A stretch of 63,418 nt of DNA, filler included, from Choristocarpus tenellus KU-1152 (taxonomy: Eukaryota; Protista; Phaeophyceae), in NCBI GenBank assembly GCA_964200185.2. It is 13 parts of 13 records of this genome, joined end to end, with 100 filler letters (N's around TTAATTAATTAA, not from the genome) between each part and the next. Parts side by side here need not be neighbours in the genome. Positions count along the whole stretch, not along the records: positions 11,716 to 18,803 come from CAXNAD020006726.1; positions 18,904 to 24,065 come from CAXNAD020011659.1; positions 24,166 to 31,083 come from CAXNAD020007066.1; 10 more parts are not named here. One strand, 5' to 3'. Each line of letters opens with the position of its first letter. Within the stretch, counting starts at the first letter, position 1. Positions 11,616 to 26,077 of the stretch are shown piece by piece. The translations under genes were made by a program, and so were the position numbers. The notes under the pieces are model-generated. The model was not told the DNA's origin. It saw only the letters and a program-made list of their open reading frames with translations, and searched no databases.

Positions 11616-12605
11616 NNNNNNNNNNNNNNNNNNNNNNNNNNNNNNNNNNNNNNNNNNNNTTAATTAATTAANNNNNNNNNNNNNNNNNNNNNNNNNNNNN
11701 NNNNNNNNNNNNNNNCTCACCCCTTTGTCCCTGCTTTGTCAACATCCTCTCCCCTGGTCTACAGCCTCTGATATACAGTCCAGTCTCCCCCCCCCCCTCG
11801 CTTCTGCTGCCCCTGCCACCTCCCCACCATCTGCCCTAACCCAAATCCAGACAAGGTGAATCAGATTAATCAGCTCCAGTTTTGATGTTGCGATGCATTG
11901 TTGTGTCAAATCAGCTGCAAACATTGTAAGATGGAAAACAAATCAACCTTATAATGACACAAGAATGACCAACCTTTCAATCACATCTAATGTTATCCCA
12001 TTTGTTGCCAAAGTGTGTGGTGACTCTTTGCAAAATGTCTAATGGGGGCTCTGTGGTACTTATGCAGAGTTGGGATGAAAGATAATGAGCCTTCTATCTC
12101 TTTTCCTGTCTTTTTGATGGTATTATTTTGGTAATAGTATTATTTTGGTTAGTTCTTGACGAAAGTACAGAAGGATGGGGGCTTTGGTAGTCCCAACACA
12201 TTTCTTTCCTCCAGCCAATTGATTGCATACTATTACTATTACTGTTACTATTACTGATAGTACTATCAATAGTATTATCAATAGTAGGGTCAGTGAACCG
12301 TAAAGGTGGGCAATTCATTGTTGTCTTCGTCTTGCCTTTTTTTCTTCCTTGCCATTTGTCATAAACTCATAATATTACAATCTCACTGCCTTCCTCCTAC
12401 CCTGTTATTTTTTTCTTTTTCTCTGTCCTCTTTGTCTATATTAGATGTGTTATTAGTACCATAGATTTACTTTTTGTTTTTGCATCAAAATGTGGTTTCT
12501 TCATCTGTTTTTGTTCAAATTTGAGGTTGATTTTTAATGGTTTATCTTCATTATATATATATTTTTTATTTTTTGTAATTTGAACAAAAAACACAAAAAA
12601 CACAG

Positions 12606-15600
12606 GCCCTCTCTATGTCAGCAATGGTTGGTGGACATTGGCCAACATCAAGATTAACAACAGCAGCAACAACCAGCAACCCCACGCAGGCCACTCCTAA
12701 TGTTGCAAAGGCTGCTGCTCTTGCATTTTACTCTGTGGCAATATCTGTCCAACCTCGAATCTTCATCCTGGCTACCAAGGTTAAGAGTTCAACACTGACC
12801 AGTGTTTCTACTGCTTTAATGCATAAGATCAGATGATAATAGTTAAACATTCATTTTGTTACAATATTTAACTATTCTCCTGAACTTGTGCTTCTACAAC
12901 CATTTCCTGAGGCATAGTGCCACCCTACATAATATATATATATATATATATATATATTGAGTAAGACTGCACCCTATATTAAGTCACTATTTTTATTATT
13001 TCATTATTTTTGACCCTAAAAAATGTGTGTTTCTCTTGTAAAATTCTATACAAAAGTTGGTATACTTACTCTACATACATAAACATATTTATGTACGTAT
13101 GTATGTCTACATCCAACCATGATTTCAGTAATAATTAAAATAAATAAATAATAGTCATAATGATAGTAACACTAAATGTTTAAGGAGGAGGGAGTAGTTA
13201 CGTTGCCAAGGAAGCTTAAAGACTATCGGGGTTAGGGTTAGGGCTACTGTAGAAGTGTGTGTGTGTGTTTTATTGGCATTGTGTGTTTCAAGTGTGGAAT
13301 TACTGTTGGATTCACTGATAAACAACAAAAGGAAATATCCACTAGACTAATTATAATACTTTTTTTTATTACAGTAATACTACTACTACTACTAACAATG
13401 CATGAACTCATTAGTGTTGAGAGAGAAAAATCTCTCTCATACACAAAATGTCATAGACAAAATGTTGGTGACGTAATATTTCAATCCTAGGGGATTTTTA
13501 ATCATAAACTAGTTTTCCCACTTTGTTCAGGAGACTATTTCGAGTCACTTGTCAGACCCGTTAGGAATATTAACAATAGTGATGCCAATAATGTCTCAAT
13601 GAAACTAAGCTATTAATGTATCAAGACATCCAGTACTATTTGATTTTTGTACCAGTAACAGTCATTGTAGGGTATGCTATTTGTATTAATACAATTTCCT
13701 CTATTTATAACATACCACAACACCTCCACAGAATACCTGAAATCACTGTGAATGGTGTGTAAACACTCTTATTATCTGTCAAGTAGAAAATTCACAGGAG
13801 AAGAGTGATTACAAACAAACACAACACTGTTATTCAGCAGCATGTATGAGAATATTGTATAATTTATTCATTCCACAAACAAGACACCTAACCATTTTGT
13901 CAGAGGTTGCATTAGCTAAAACAGCCCTCTTCCTTGCTATCACTGTCATTATCACTATCACTACCAATGACCACAGTATACATGATGTCTTGTTTTCTAT
14001 TGTTTTTCTCACTTTACGTTAGGGTTAGGGTTAGGATTAGGTTAGTTTACATTGGTTTGAGGAAGATTTTGTCATTTTCCATCAAGTTAGTTTGTCATTT
14101 TCCATCAGTGATTTTGTCATTTTCCATCAAGTTAGTACCATCGAGTCAGTGCCATCAGTACTGACTCGAGTTTTACAAGGCAGCATATTTTACAGTATAC
14201 GAGGAGGATAAATGGCTTGAGAAATCAAGACATATGGGAATTGATAGATGAATGATGAATGAGGGATGGACAACAGCAATATAGTTATTGTTTTAGCTTG
14301 CTAACATCTTGAGAGCATCATTAATATGATGCCATTATAGAAAAATTAATCTGAAACAATCATTGCATACAAATACTCTCTATCTCTTGTGTCAGAGTCA
14401 GTTATACCTAGCATGGGGCTCTTTCTTCCTCTGTGATTATCTCTCTTGTCAAGGTATTGTCACTAATGTTACTATTGCTACTATTATTGGCATCTTTCTT
14501 TTGGTCTGATCTTGTCTCTCATACACTTTGAATAAAAAAATAAATGGGTAAGGTATATGAAAGCCTCCAGGCTGGTAGTGACTGAACACACATTTTTATT
14601 GTTTTCAACACTGTTGTACCTCCTCCTAATAATAATAATAATATAAAACCAATAACTGACGCTAATCAAACCATAGACAAAGTACACAAGAGTCACACAC
14701 CTGCCTTGTGGGTACATATTATTACTGTCATATATTACCCTGCACTGCACCCTACCTACCACTCCCCTCTAATCCCTTCCCCCTCCTAAGTGGCATCTCC
14801 CTTTCATTTTTTGTGACAAGATTATTAATGTACATCAAATACTGTACTTTTTTTGTGACAAGATTATTAATGTACATCAATACATCAAATACTATACTTT
14901 TTTTATCATGTGCGATGCAGGCAGTGCTGAAGCTGGTGGCATCCTGTGCAATTGGAGTTGGGTGTACCAAGAAAGGTATCCTTGACCAGGTTGGTATTAG
15001 GGTTAGGGTTAGGGTTAGGGACTACCTTGAAGTGTTAATATACCTGTGATTTACATTATTATTATTTTTTATTTTTGGTACGTTTAGTATTACAGTATTT
15101 TTATATACTATTTTATAATAGTACTGATAATTATGGTACTATTATCCTTGTTTTTTGCTGCCCAGTAGTTTTTTTAATAGTTGCATCGTTGCACCACCTG
15201 CTCTTGGTCACCATTTAAAAATAATTAAATAAAAAAAAGTTATACATGTATTTTTTAAGTCACACTGTAGTAGTTGCATAATTGTCAGTATAGTATATTG
15301 AATGTATATTGAATGTATATTGAGTGTACAGTACATGATAGTATATTGAATGTATATTGAATATATATTGAGTGTACAGTACATGATAGTATATTGAATG
15401 TATATTGAATATATATTGAGTGTACAGTACATGATAGTATATTGAATATATATTGAGTGTACAATACTACAACGAGAAACAAAATGTAAGTTTTAGACAC
15501 CATTCTGATGCATTTCATCAACTGACTATAAATTGTATATATTTTGATAGCAATTATCCCTTGGCAAACAATATATGAAAATTATTTTTTCAGCTAGTAT

Positions 15601-17763
15601 TGTCTGTGAGGGATGCAGAGTGAAAGAATAAAAGTAGTGCCATAGACTTAAAGGGGAAGGTTGATGTGCACACATTTGTGAGACAAAGAGAGACTGCCCC
15701 TTATGGACCAACTATAGGAATCAAATAGTTGAGAAATCAAAATGGAAGGATCTTAACTTGAGGTAAGCGCCCTTTAAGATTGTTGCCTTTAGCTTTAACA
15801 ATTTTTTTTTCATGGCAAGTGTGATGACAACCTCTCACCAACTCTTGATTCGAAAAGGTATATATTAGTTTGTTCCTAATTGTGTTTGGTTGGTTGTGCA
15901 AGATTTTGCCCATTGAAAAAAATCTAGTGGTACGAAAACAATGATCAAAATTGATATGGTGAAGAAAAGGTATTTCTTTTTGGTGTTGTCTTAGGGGTTA
16001 GGGTTAGGGTTATTTGGGGTTTCAAATATTTTTGGAAATTCAGTCTTTTGTTCAAGACTGTACTCTCTCATCTTCACTTGGAAATATGCAGACTCTCTTC
16101 CCAACAATTTTTTTCTTGACATATTAAATATAATATATAATATGTAATATGTTAGGGTTATGGTTGGTTAAACTGAGATAAGGATACCCCTAAGTTTTAA
16201 AGGGTCTCTCTGACTTTTTGGCAACACATGTATTTGGAGCGCTCAATCCATAGGTGGAGGGTGCATCATCTTGTTTAGCGCTGTTTTGTGGGTGCATTAC
16301 TTTACTCTTTGCAAATTATCCTTTTAACAGTTACCTTGAATCTATCCCCATCCCTAACCCTTACCCTAACCCTTACCCTATCCCTTACCCTATCCGACTT
16401 TCTTGTCCTGTAGCGTGCTGTGACGGCCCTCTCCAGGCTAATATTTTTTGTGTTCCAGCCATGCCTTCTGTTTGTGAATGTTGCTTCCACCTTAGCTGTT
16501 CCGGGACAGAACCTGCTCAAGCTCATGGCACTTCCTCTGTTTGCCTGTGTACAGATTGTGGCAGGGATGCTTGTGGGCAAGGTTAGCCATCCCCTCCACC
16601 CCACCCCAACTCCACCCTTCCACCTACACACTCCATACCAACTACAAAAATGTTACTGCAACTAGTATAGTATTTTATAGTATATAGCATAGTATAGTAT
16701 ATAGAATATGAAGTATAAGATATCCTTCAGTAATCCACTATTAATAGCAACTATGACTGTTTTTCAAGGCTCTGGTAGGTAAGCTCTCTCCCATTCTTCA
16801 TCCTCAGCAGCAATTGACAGCAATGACAGCAATTGACAGCAATGACAGCAATTGACAGCAATGACAGCAATTGACAGCAATGACAGCAATTGACAGCAAT
16901 TGACAGCAATTGACTGCGGCGCCAAGAACAAGAGGAGTCAATTGGAAAAGTCACCTCTGTTTTCCTTGATTACTACTTAATTTCCATTACTCAAAATGGA
17001 AATGTCCATCAGATGGTGTTTGTTGACTCTTGAAAGAAGTATATTTCATTGCTTCCATATCCCTTCCAATTTTTTGTCGTTAAAATAATTATTCTTTCAA
17101 GACTACATAATTTTGCCATTCTTGTGATGACTCTTGTGATGACTTGTACCAATTGAAAAAAAGGTGGTTAATAGTGGTAGAGGTCACTGACATCTGACAT
17201 TCATCAAAGGCCTTGCAGTAATGTTGTTGTAGTGTCTGTGTGAAGTAAATTTCTTCCTGTTCATCACATTGATCAATAGACACAGACTACAATAGTTGTG
17301 AGAAGTTATCTGTTCTTAAATCTTATGCATGCAGCTGCACAATGAACAATGAACAAAGAACACAAGCTTTCTTGGGTTATGAAGTCTTTCATAAACATGC
17401 ATTATCAATGTCATTGTCATTGTCATTGTCATTATCATTATTATTATTACTATTCTTATTATTATCCAAGAACACAAACTACTGTGGGTAACACACAAGC
17501 ACCTCGAATAAAGTACTCAAAGTACTCAGTACATACAAACGAGGTATATTAATAATACACAAGGACAGTAAAAAATGACATGTGTAAGCATATACATGCA
17601 ATTCTTTTACAAACCCAATGTAATACTCACCAGATGATGGAGAGGGTTCTTCAACTGGATCACAACTCTGCTGATGCTCGTGAGCTGAGAATGTGCTGTT
17701 CATTTGCCAACTCAGGCCCCCTCCCCCTCCTCTTCATTGATAGCATTTTTGGAACACACCCAG
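12606..17763 (+). CDS. Auxin efflux carrier (AEC)/PILS-like membrane transporter, partial, spliced
   Basis: GT-AG exons in phase at 12606-12779, 14921-14989, 16414-16581 and 17634-17763. They read ...AVLKLVASCAIGVGCTKKGILDQ|RAVTALSRLIFFVFQPCLLFVNVA...|...CCSFANSGPLPLLFIDSIF, which matches the AEC 'L..L.F..F.P.L.F' and 'FxNxGxLP' motifs. Confidence 0.85.
14807..14890. repeat. Local ~41-bp tandem duplication in an intron
   Basis: TTTTTTGTGACAAGATTATTAATGTACATCAA occurs twice. Confidence 0.85.
15290..15463. repeat. 48-bp intronic minisatellite (~3.7 copies)
   Basis: Unit ATAGTATATTGAATGTATATTGAATATATATTGAGTGTACAGTACATG, itself built from 10-bp subunits. Confidence 0.92.
16806..16914. repeat. 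9/10-bp alternating minisatellite
   Basis: (CAGCAATTGA CAGCAATGA)n. Confidence 0.92.
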
Positions 17764-18701
17764 GTGGGTGATGCCGCCCAAGTCAACCCAGTCTAGGCGG
17801 AGTTAGTTTTGTGCTTGGGTTAGGGCAGCTAGGTGGAGGGAGGGGTTGAATTTTTTTTCTTTGGATTTAAATGTAACACAGTTGATAACACACTTCATAA
17901 CACAGTTGACAAGCTTAAGAATACGTCTATTAGATATAGGTAGAATACACCTAAACCTATATATCATTTTTTTGTTGTGTCTGTGGTGAAATTGCGCTGA
18001 CAGACTGTTATGATAATAAAATAATAAAGTTGGAGATTAAATGGCCATTTTTACAGCTTGTTCAACTAACCCTAACCCTAACTTGGATGGGACATACACA
18101 TATATGTGAGATTGTCAAAAATGTAAGTTAAAAATAACAAGAAAACTGTATGTAGGGCTAGGTTTTATGATTTTGTAGATTATTGACAATGTGTGGGAGA
18201 GTAAAGGTGGTACATACCAAACTGTGATTGGTACTTGAAAATATCCAAAGTGGTTGTTGCTACAATCAGGGCAAATGTTTTAGTCTTAAAAGGGGTGTTG
18301 GAGGGGATAGCCTCGTCTTTAGCTAGGTTGCAGATAAATATTTTTCTTATTTTAATAGTGTAATGTAGTATATATTTTGTAATGGATAGGGTTAGGGTTG
18401 AGTGTTGTTATTTTTCCTTTTGATGCAGCTGGATGCTCTTTTGTATTGAAATGATAATGTACCCCCCCCCCCCTCTTTTCAAAAATATTTTTATTTTTGT
18501 CTGACTTGAGAATACCACCTACATGCAGTATAGAGAATCATATATCTGGGGGGTGAAGGGGGGAGGATAGGACACTGAATAATTAATGACAGGGTTTGCA
18601 AAATTTACTTCCTAAGGCTGGGGACTATTGATGTGAAGAATATCAAGGTCTTCAATGGGGTGGTAGGGTTAGGGTTAGGGTTAGGCTTACAGGGCAGAGA
18701 T

Positions 18702-18732
<31 letters not shown>

Positions 18733-19284
18733 CGGGAGGGGGGAGGGGGGGGGGGGGGGGGGGGTCGGGGGGGGGGGCGAAAAAAAAAAAAAAAAAAAAG
18801 AGANNNNNNNNNNNNNNNNNNNNNNNNNNNNNNNNNNNNNNNNNNNNTTAATTAATTAANNNNNNNNNNNNNNNNNNNNNNNNNNNNNNNNNNNNNNNNN
18901 NNNTGCGCGCATACAAGCTTCCGGAAGTTTCTGTTTGCATTGCATGCGATCACATGCACGTACACGTGTGCAGTGTTAGCCTCAAAAAAAAAAAAACGGC
19001 TCTGGTGGGCTCCCTCCTTCACCCCACTCGAGAGGTCTATTTTCCCGCATCTATGCCGCTCACTGCTCGCCGCTCGTGCGTTATGCACTCTGATGTATGA
19101 CCCAGACAATAGACCGTTATTAAATGGCAAGGGCTGGACTGATAGTACTCTTTAGTCCTGATTCCTCTCGGCTGGCAAAATCGTCATACATATTGTTCTT
19201 CCCTTCCCTCCCCCCCTTCCCTTTTCGAACCTCTCCTCCCCCCCCCCCTCCCTCCCTCCCTCCGTTAAATTTATGGTTATGCAG

Positions 19285-22200
19285 GTGCTGCACGCACTCC
19301 AGATGTGGAGTCGCAAGTCCTCTAAGATGACGTACACAGGGATGAAGGGTAGCCTTTCGACGATCGAGAAGGATAAGATGCTTAGAGTGGGCCCGTTCGA
19401 GGGCGCCCGCATGATCCTGGGGTCGGCTTCCCGTAGCAGTCTCCGCGACCGCTACGAGGCGTTCTTCACAGACTACAGTCTCTTGCCCCTCCTTGTGCAT
19501 CAGAATTACCTCAACAGTCTTGTGGGCGTGGACAAGAGTATACGTGCTGAGCGGACAGGTGATGCCTCTGCTGCTGTTAGTGATGCTGACATGATCTCAG
19601 GAAAGATGAGGTGAGGAGGGAGGTGGGGTGAGTGGGAAAAGACAGAGGTTTAGGTGATGTTGTGACCACTGGTGGTAGTTTGTCGGAGGTGTCTCGGTGT
19701 GTACTGGGTGTGGGAAGAAAATATATTGTTTTTATAGTATTTAAAAAAGCATCGCCTTTTTGAAGGTGGGGGGGGGGGGGGGGGGGGGTGAGAAATTTGG
19801 TTATAAAAATTTATTTTTATTAATTTATTTTGTTTTGGTGAATAAATGGGGGATTTTNNNNNNNNNNGGGAGCGGAAGAGTGAACGGAGAACAGGTAGGG
19901 ATTACATAGTGTTTTGCAAATATATGTATATAGATATATTATGTTTTTATGTGAATATAGTGGTATTTTGTAGTATCTGTTGCAATTGGAAATATTAGAA
20001 AGGATGTGTTTTTATGGTGTTGAATCTTGGGACTAGTTATGAAACCCTCATGTAGATGTCATGGGGTGTCATTGTCATATGTATTGTGTTGAAGTGTATA
20101 CAGTTGTGCCTATGGACAGTGTAATTTTGCTGGTATTGGATGTTAGTGCTTGTGGTTGTGTGTGTTTTTTATGGCAGGGTGAATTGTTGGAGGTGTCTCC
20201 TGCTTCCACGGGACCTGAAACGGTTGGGGTTAAGATCCCTTGATGTTTTTTGCAGCATGGTTGAAGTTAGAGTCCACTTTTGAAAGTGGACTTCAAACCC
20301 TAACTATGTGTGTTGAGAGACTTGTCTATGTTATTGAATGACGTCAAGCACTAACCCTAACATATACTATGAATATAACTGTATGCACCTATATCGATAA
20401 CAATACTAGAAAACTCAATTGGTAGTAGTAGTAGTAGTAGTAGCAGCAGCAGCATGGTACCTCTGTGATCATGTGTCTTGGTGAGTGATATCCTGACTTT
20501 ACCATTTTATTCTTTGGTTATGATATAGGGATAGGCCTAGGTATGTTTGTTAAGAGTTGGTGTGGGATTTGAGGGGTGTTGAGGAGAGAACCTTTTTTAA
20601 GTAATTTTTTTCTCCTCTTTTTGCTCTATGTAGATGATCAAGTCTTGATAAAGGTTACAAGACCTTTTTTTAGTCTGGACAATCACTAATAACATAGCTG
20701 AGGTGGTCCAGGTCATGGCAACAGACTGGTGCCTGGCTGCGCCAAATCCAAATAGTTGATAGATATGGACTGTGGCCCTGTTAGGGCATATTGGTACCAG
20801 ATCAGCCCAAGGCGTAGCCATGTTGAAACAGCCCATGGACATGTACTGGTCCTGTTAGAACATATTCGTACTGGGCCAGGTTGAGACCCGGTCAAGCAAG
20901 TAGTTCTATAGTATTAATAGCACAGATAGCATACACTGCTATGGTAGGATAAAGCACCTGTTTTTCTTACCATCTAAGAAATGAACCCAGTTGACCAGTC
21001 ATGTTGAAATAGTTGACCGCCATCTACAGGAAGACATTTGGACCAACCCTATTTGGATATTACTAGTACTGGTCATGTTGTAACAGCTCATGTCCAAGGA
21101 TCGGTCCTGTTAGAACATTCCAGTAACGGGCTGGCCCGATGCTTGTCTGCAATGAAATAGTTGACAGCAGTAAGATAAATAATAAGATGTTTAACCAGAC
21201 CGACTAGGTCAATGTGAGTTGGACCAGTGTGGCAAAAATATGTCCTACTTTGCCCCAAATACGTAAGGGAATAAATGTATCCCCTTAGCCAGTCTAATCT
21301 GTGCTGTTTTTATCATATTGATTGGGATGGGATCATACAGGCTTTGTGCCATCTGTGTTTTACATTGGCCTGCAGTTCCATCTGGTTGCAGTGTCGAATG
21401 GCCCTGCTCCGGACATTTCAGAAAACATTGTATTATATGGTTGGTGGAGTCTTACCGTTCTGCCAACACAGGAAAAATTATGTTTGGTATATATACCCTG
21501 TGATACGTAGGTATGGTTACAACTTGTTTTCATACAGAGTATGATATTGAGTTGCAGTATGCCCGTGGAATTGGCGTGGTGTGAGAACCAACGGGAAATA
21601 GGAGTTGTCGAGAGGATACATGAGTTTCTATTCACTCAGTCCAACATGCAGGCCGTGAGTTATTGGTGGAAATGTTGCTCTTTCTTTCTTTACCGCCTCC
21701 CCTCCCCCTCCCCCTCCCCCCTTACTATTACCAAAATAGGTTTATCATTTTTTTATTAAGCTCTTCCTCTTGGTCCTTCTTGTCTGCTTTTTTTTAAATG
21801 TAAAACAACAAATAAAAAAAATGAAGGGGAGATGTCCAGCACTGGGAGCTCCTGCCGTCTCAGGCAGCTCTGAATGTACGTGTAGGATCCATTGGGCGTG
21901 GCAGCCTGGGCTATCCAGATTTTCCCAAGTGGCTAGGGAACTATAGTAAGGAGAACAAGCACAGGCGGTTGTTGAGCGAGGTCACAACACATCTCAATTC
22001 TAGCATCAGCGGGGGGCCGGAGGTAAGGAAGTGGTGTTGTACAAGTAGCTTTACCTTGTGAAGGCATGTGAACTTAGACTTGATGATTTGGATTATTTTG
22101 TTTTTTGTGAGGAACGGAAAAAGGGTTTGGTAGTTTCCTGCGTAGGATGGTAATTGTGGTGCGTTTTTCTTCTTCTGGACTGAGGTCAAGTGGATACTGA

Positions 22201-23874
22201 TTAGTGCTGTGAATTGATTTTTTTTTGTGAGCATGGTTTGATTTGACTTGGGTTCTTTTGTGTTTGTTTTTTTGTTGATTAGTGATCTAAGTGAAGTACT
22301 GACTGCGGCATATGCATAAGAAATCGACCGATCGAATCAATCGAATCTAACTCAACGTAGGTTATCGTTGATTTGATTAAAAAAAATATGGTCACAATTC
22401 AAAGCACTAGAAATTACAGAGACCTTGCTATATATTCTGGTCCGGTGACTGGACAAGATGGCCCTCTTGATTGTCCATGTGTACATTTTTTTGTTTTTTT
22501 ATGTTGATGTTTTTCTTTTTCTTTTCTGTGTGCTATTCTTGACTGTGCACTCAGGCTAGTTATGTGGAGATGATAATGATTACAAAAAATTGAAAAGAAG
22601 AAGGGTTTTACCTGTGGGATGCATTGCTTTGTTTCTTTGAGAGGTGGGATGTGAAGTGGGTAATATAATTCATGTTTATGTTCCATATGTACATACAGTT
22701 GTGCTCACTTAGGAATACTATTGTGTCTGTGTGTATGTGATGTAGTGGCAAAACTTCCTAAGGTGTTGAATTCCCCTACTAATATTATTAGGGAAGCATT
22801 CAGTCAGGAGTCCCTGCTCATTTGATGCTTTGTAGGCGTGGTGCCTGTGAGAAAATGTGTTGCCTATCAGGATAAATGTAAATTTTATCAAAAAAGAGAA
22901 GTTAGTTCGTTCCATCTCACCGGTGCTTTCAAGATTAAGAATATTATTAAGAATATTAAGAATATTATTCCTGATGCAGTGAGATGGTTAGTTGTGTCTT
23001 TCCTTGGCGTTGATTGTCTACTGTTCAATATGAACGAAAGTAGTTTTTTCTCCACGAGGGTAAGAGCTTCTGTTGATAGCTTCTGTTGATGCGTTTGTGT
23101 TGGTGACTTGAAAGTGGTACCTACCCCCATATTGTCGTAGAAGAAATTTCCTGCATTGTTCTTGTTGGCTTTTGTTGTACCAAAAATGTACCGATGAAGT
23201 CCCGTGAATCCTTTGCAGAGGGGTTGGTGATAGTGCAATGCCAAATGCTCCAGGCTCTTCTTATAACATTGACCTGATCCTTGTAGTCAGGTACCGTAGT
23301 GGTTTGGTGCTTGTAATGAGGCGTACTGTTTTGAAGTTGTTTTGATAAGTAAGAGTGAATGTCATAGAGTTTGTTTTTTTCTATCCGTTTTTAGTACATA
23401 CTTTGATATAGTGTCATTGAGTGTGGAAAAATACTTTTTTTTGTCACATCTATAATTTTTTTTCCTTCTCTTCTTGCAGTGGTACATAGTACAGGGTAAA
23501 TCCAAATGTTAAACGCTGAGATAGACATTGAGATACCGTCATTCTACCGGGGAAGATATATAGTTGCACAAAAGCACCAACTTTTACAAATGAAATTAAA
23601 TATTAAATCAAACAATCTTTGCTAGGGCAACATGTTGTCATCATTGTTGTTGCTAAATTTCCCTCCTGTGTTTGTTTTTAGTTCCACCCTACCATCAATG
23701 AGTAGCCCTAACCAACTGAACCTTCTGCACTGAGCACAGGCAGTCCGACTATCGTACCTTCCAACCCTTCGAGTAGCCCTGACAAGACCGTTGTTGGAGA
23801 GAGGTGCAGAAGGTGCTGAAGAGTGTGTGTCCATGCTGGAGGAATATGGACTCTCCAGGGATGACCTCTTTGAG
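19285..23874 (+). CDS. RFC1: Replication factor C subunit 1, internal/C-terminal exons
   Basis: Exons 19285-19610 (VLHALQMW...FFTDYSLLPLLVHQNY...VSDADMI), 21827-22022 (QHWELLP...FPKWLGNYSKENKHRRLL) and 23740-23874 (AVRLSYLPTLR..LTRPL...MLEEYGLSRDD). All are GT-AG with consistent phases and match the RFC1 C-terminal domain motifs. Confidence 0.93.
20705..21226. repeat. Degenerate element with internal direct repeats in an RFC1 intron
   Basis: CATGTTG.AACAGC.CATG...GGTCCTGTTAGAACAT occurs at ~20819 and ~21074; weak TGGTCCA/TGGACCA inverted ends. Confidence 0.4.
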
Positions 23875-25904
23875 GTATACTACGAATGGTGTGCTGGTAG
23901 CTTCGGTGTGGGTGATGTGACGATTGGCTTTCCCATGTTCTTGGATGGGGTGTATGCTGCTGAAAGTGTGCTCTCTGCCTGTGAAGGAGTATCTACATTA
24001 GTAATTTAATAAGAATGGGATGAGAGTTGGATAATCCTTTTTTTTTGGGGGGGGGGGGGGGGGGGNNNNNNNNNNNNNNNNNNNNNNNNNNNNNNNNNNN
24101 NNNNNNNNNTTAATTAATTAANNNNNNNNNNNNNNNNNNNNNNNNNNNNNNNNNNNNNNNNNNNNCCATCCTCGTAGTCCCGCTCCATCCCCAATTTTGA
24201 AAATCCTCTGTTAACAGTAAAAAATCTAGTGAGTGGTACTAATAAACAATTTCTGTCGGCATTCCACACAGAGAATGCCAGACCAACAATGAAGTGGGGA
24301 AGGTTAGAGGGTTCCTTACCAAGTGATGCACCCACAAGTCCACTAAGAACTTCGAGGGAGCAGGCGGAGCGAGGAAGAATGGGATGGATGAACCCAATGG
24401 GTAAGAAGCAACGCAAGAACGTGGCCTTGCAGTTTGTCATACTGTAACAGTTTCATGTGCAATACTGAGAATGAGAGTAGTAGTGCAGTTTGTCGTCCCT
24501 CTCACCACAAATTAGGATAGTCATCAGACTACTAAGGCGAACATAAGAACAAAACTATGCACTTACATCATTTGATTCATCCTGACAAACATACAATAGA
24601 ATGGAGGTTTTTGTGTTTTATGGAGACAAAAATATTTTGGTTTTCAGAAAGACAATGGCAAAACAAGAGTTGGTTGGTCGAAGGAATGTGGTGATGGAAG
24701 TCAATGTTGTAACTGCCATCTCTCCATGATTGTTGTATTGATTTATTGGCTAGGAAGGAGTTTTTCCGCTCTCATGCTTGCTTCCTCGCAAGCCCTCTAC
24801 TACCAACTTAAGAGATATTTGTTGGATGGTTGCACTTACATAACCTAGTGAGGTCAATGGTTGGTGTGTCTTCTTGTATTGGACTTCCAGACTGTTGTCT
24901 ATCGCTCATTGAAATCAGTCAGTATCACCCGCCTCTGACACCAGCGTCGACGTTGCTTTTGATAACACACAAACGGACGGCTGCCAAGTAAAGCCACCAT
25001 AAATCTATATAACCACCTCTGCTTTGTGATAGTCAAAACTCAGATAGAAGGGTAATACCATAGGATTCGTCGAAATATAAAAAAAACGTAGTTTGTCGAG
25101 ATCTTTCGTGTTTTCCCTCGCTTTCCCTGACGTAATAACTTGGTCATGATAAATACGCAGTCATTCGCTTGGTTGGCTTTTCACCGGGGTTCCCAACTAC
25201 TAGTCCGGATAATATTTGATATTTTTAAACAAGAAATAACCAAGATGCAGGCGGAGTAGCTTGGCGTGACAACAAAACCATATTATGTACCGTCATAGGT
25301 TAGTTTGTTTTATGACCTGGTCCTTTTCCGTATCACTAAAGCATGGCTCTCTTGTTTGAGACTGAACCTTCTTTGAGCCTTTTTATGAATGGCGTTGCAA
25401 ACTGAGAGGTAGGTATCATGAGTATGGATCAAGTTGGTTGGAAGGTCTAACAATTGCATCATGCGTGAAGCATGCAGGAGGCAAGGCAGCAAAGGGCCAA
25501 GAGTCAAGTAAACGGTGTGAAGCATGGTGAGGGAAGAAGCCCCTTGACCGTTGATCGACCCCATCATCCGGAAGAATGTATTTGGAGATTGTCATCCATT
25601 TCCTTGCATGCTCCTTTCCACTACTACTGCCAGACACATTACCTTGTTGCCATATCTGCCATATCAGCCATATCGTTACAGATATGCATTGAAGGGAGGA
25701 TGGAGCAGTAAAGAGTGGCCCCCACTCTGGTGCCTTGGCGTTGGGAAAATGGTCCTTCTGTAGTTGGCCGCCCAACCGAGATCCCTCACCCTTCTTCCCA
25801 CCCTTATCCAACTCACGAAAGCTTCCTTGTGCCAAGGGGTTTGGAGCGAAGGTGATTTCTTGGAGATTTTGGTAGGTATCTTGTAGTGACTTTTGTATTA
25901 CTTG

Positions 25905-26077
25905 GGGTCAAAGTATCTGTGGGGGAAGGGGGTAGTTTGTGAGGGGGCGTCCGTTTCGGTCAAACTTCTTTGGCTGACATTTCAAATCCGACACGTGCGA
26001 ACAAATCACACCAAAAAATGAAGATAAAAAAGGGTGAAAATAGGACGCCGAGACCAACCCCCGAGATACTTTGACCC
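25905..26077 (+). mobile_element. MITE family B, complete copy
   Basis: GGGTCAAAGTATCT...AGATACTTTGACCC, collinear with 4254-4429; flanked by TTG/TTG. Confidence 0.9.

Noticed and set aside
15290-15463. CRISPR-like array
   Set aside because: The units are directly adjacent without unique spacers, there are no cas genes, and the context is a eukaryotic intron; it is a minisatellite.
18702-18803. Gly/Lys- or Pro-rich ORFs from poly-G/poly-A runs (also 34470-34535, 44605-44685)
   Set aside because: They are homopolymer runs at contig ends and probably partly sequencing artefact.
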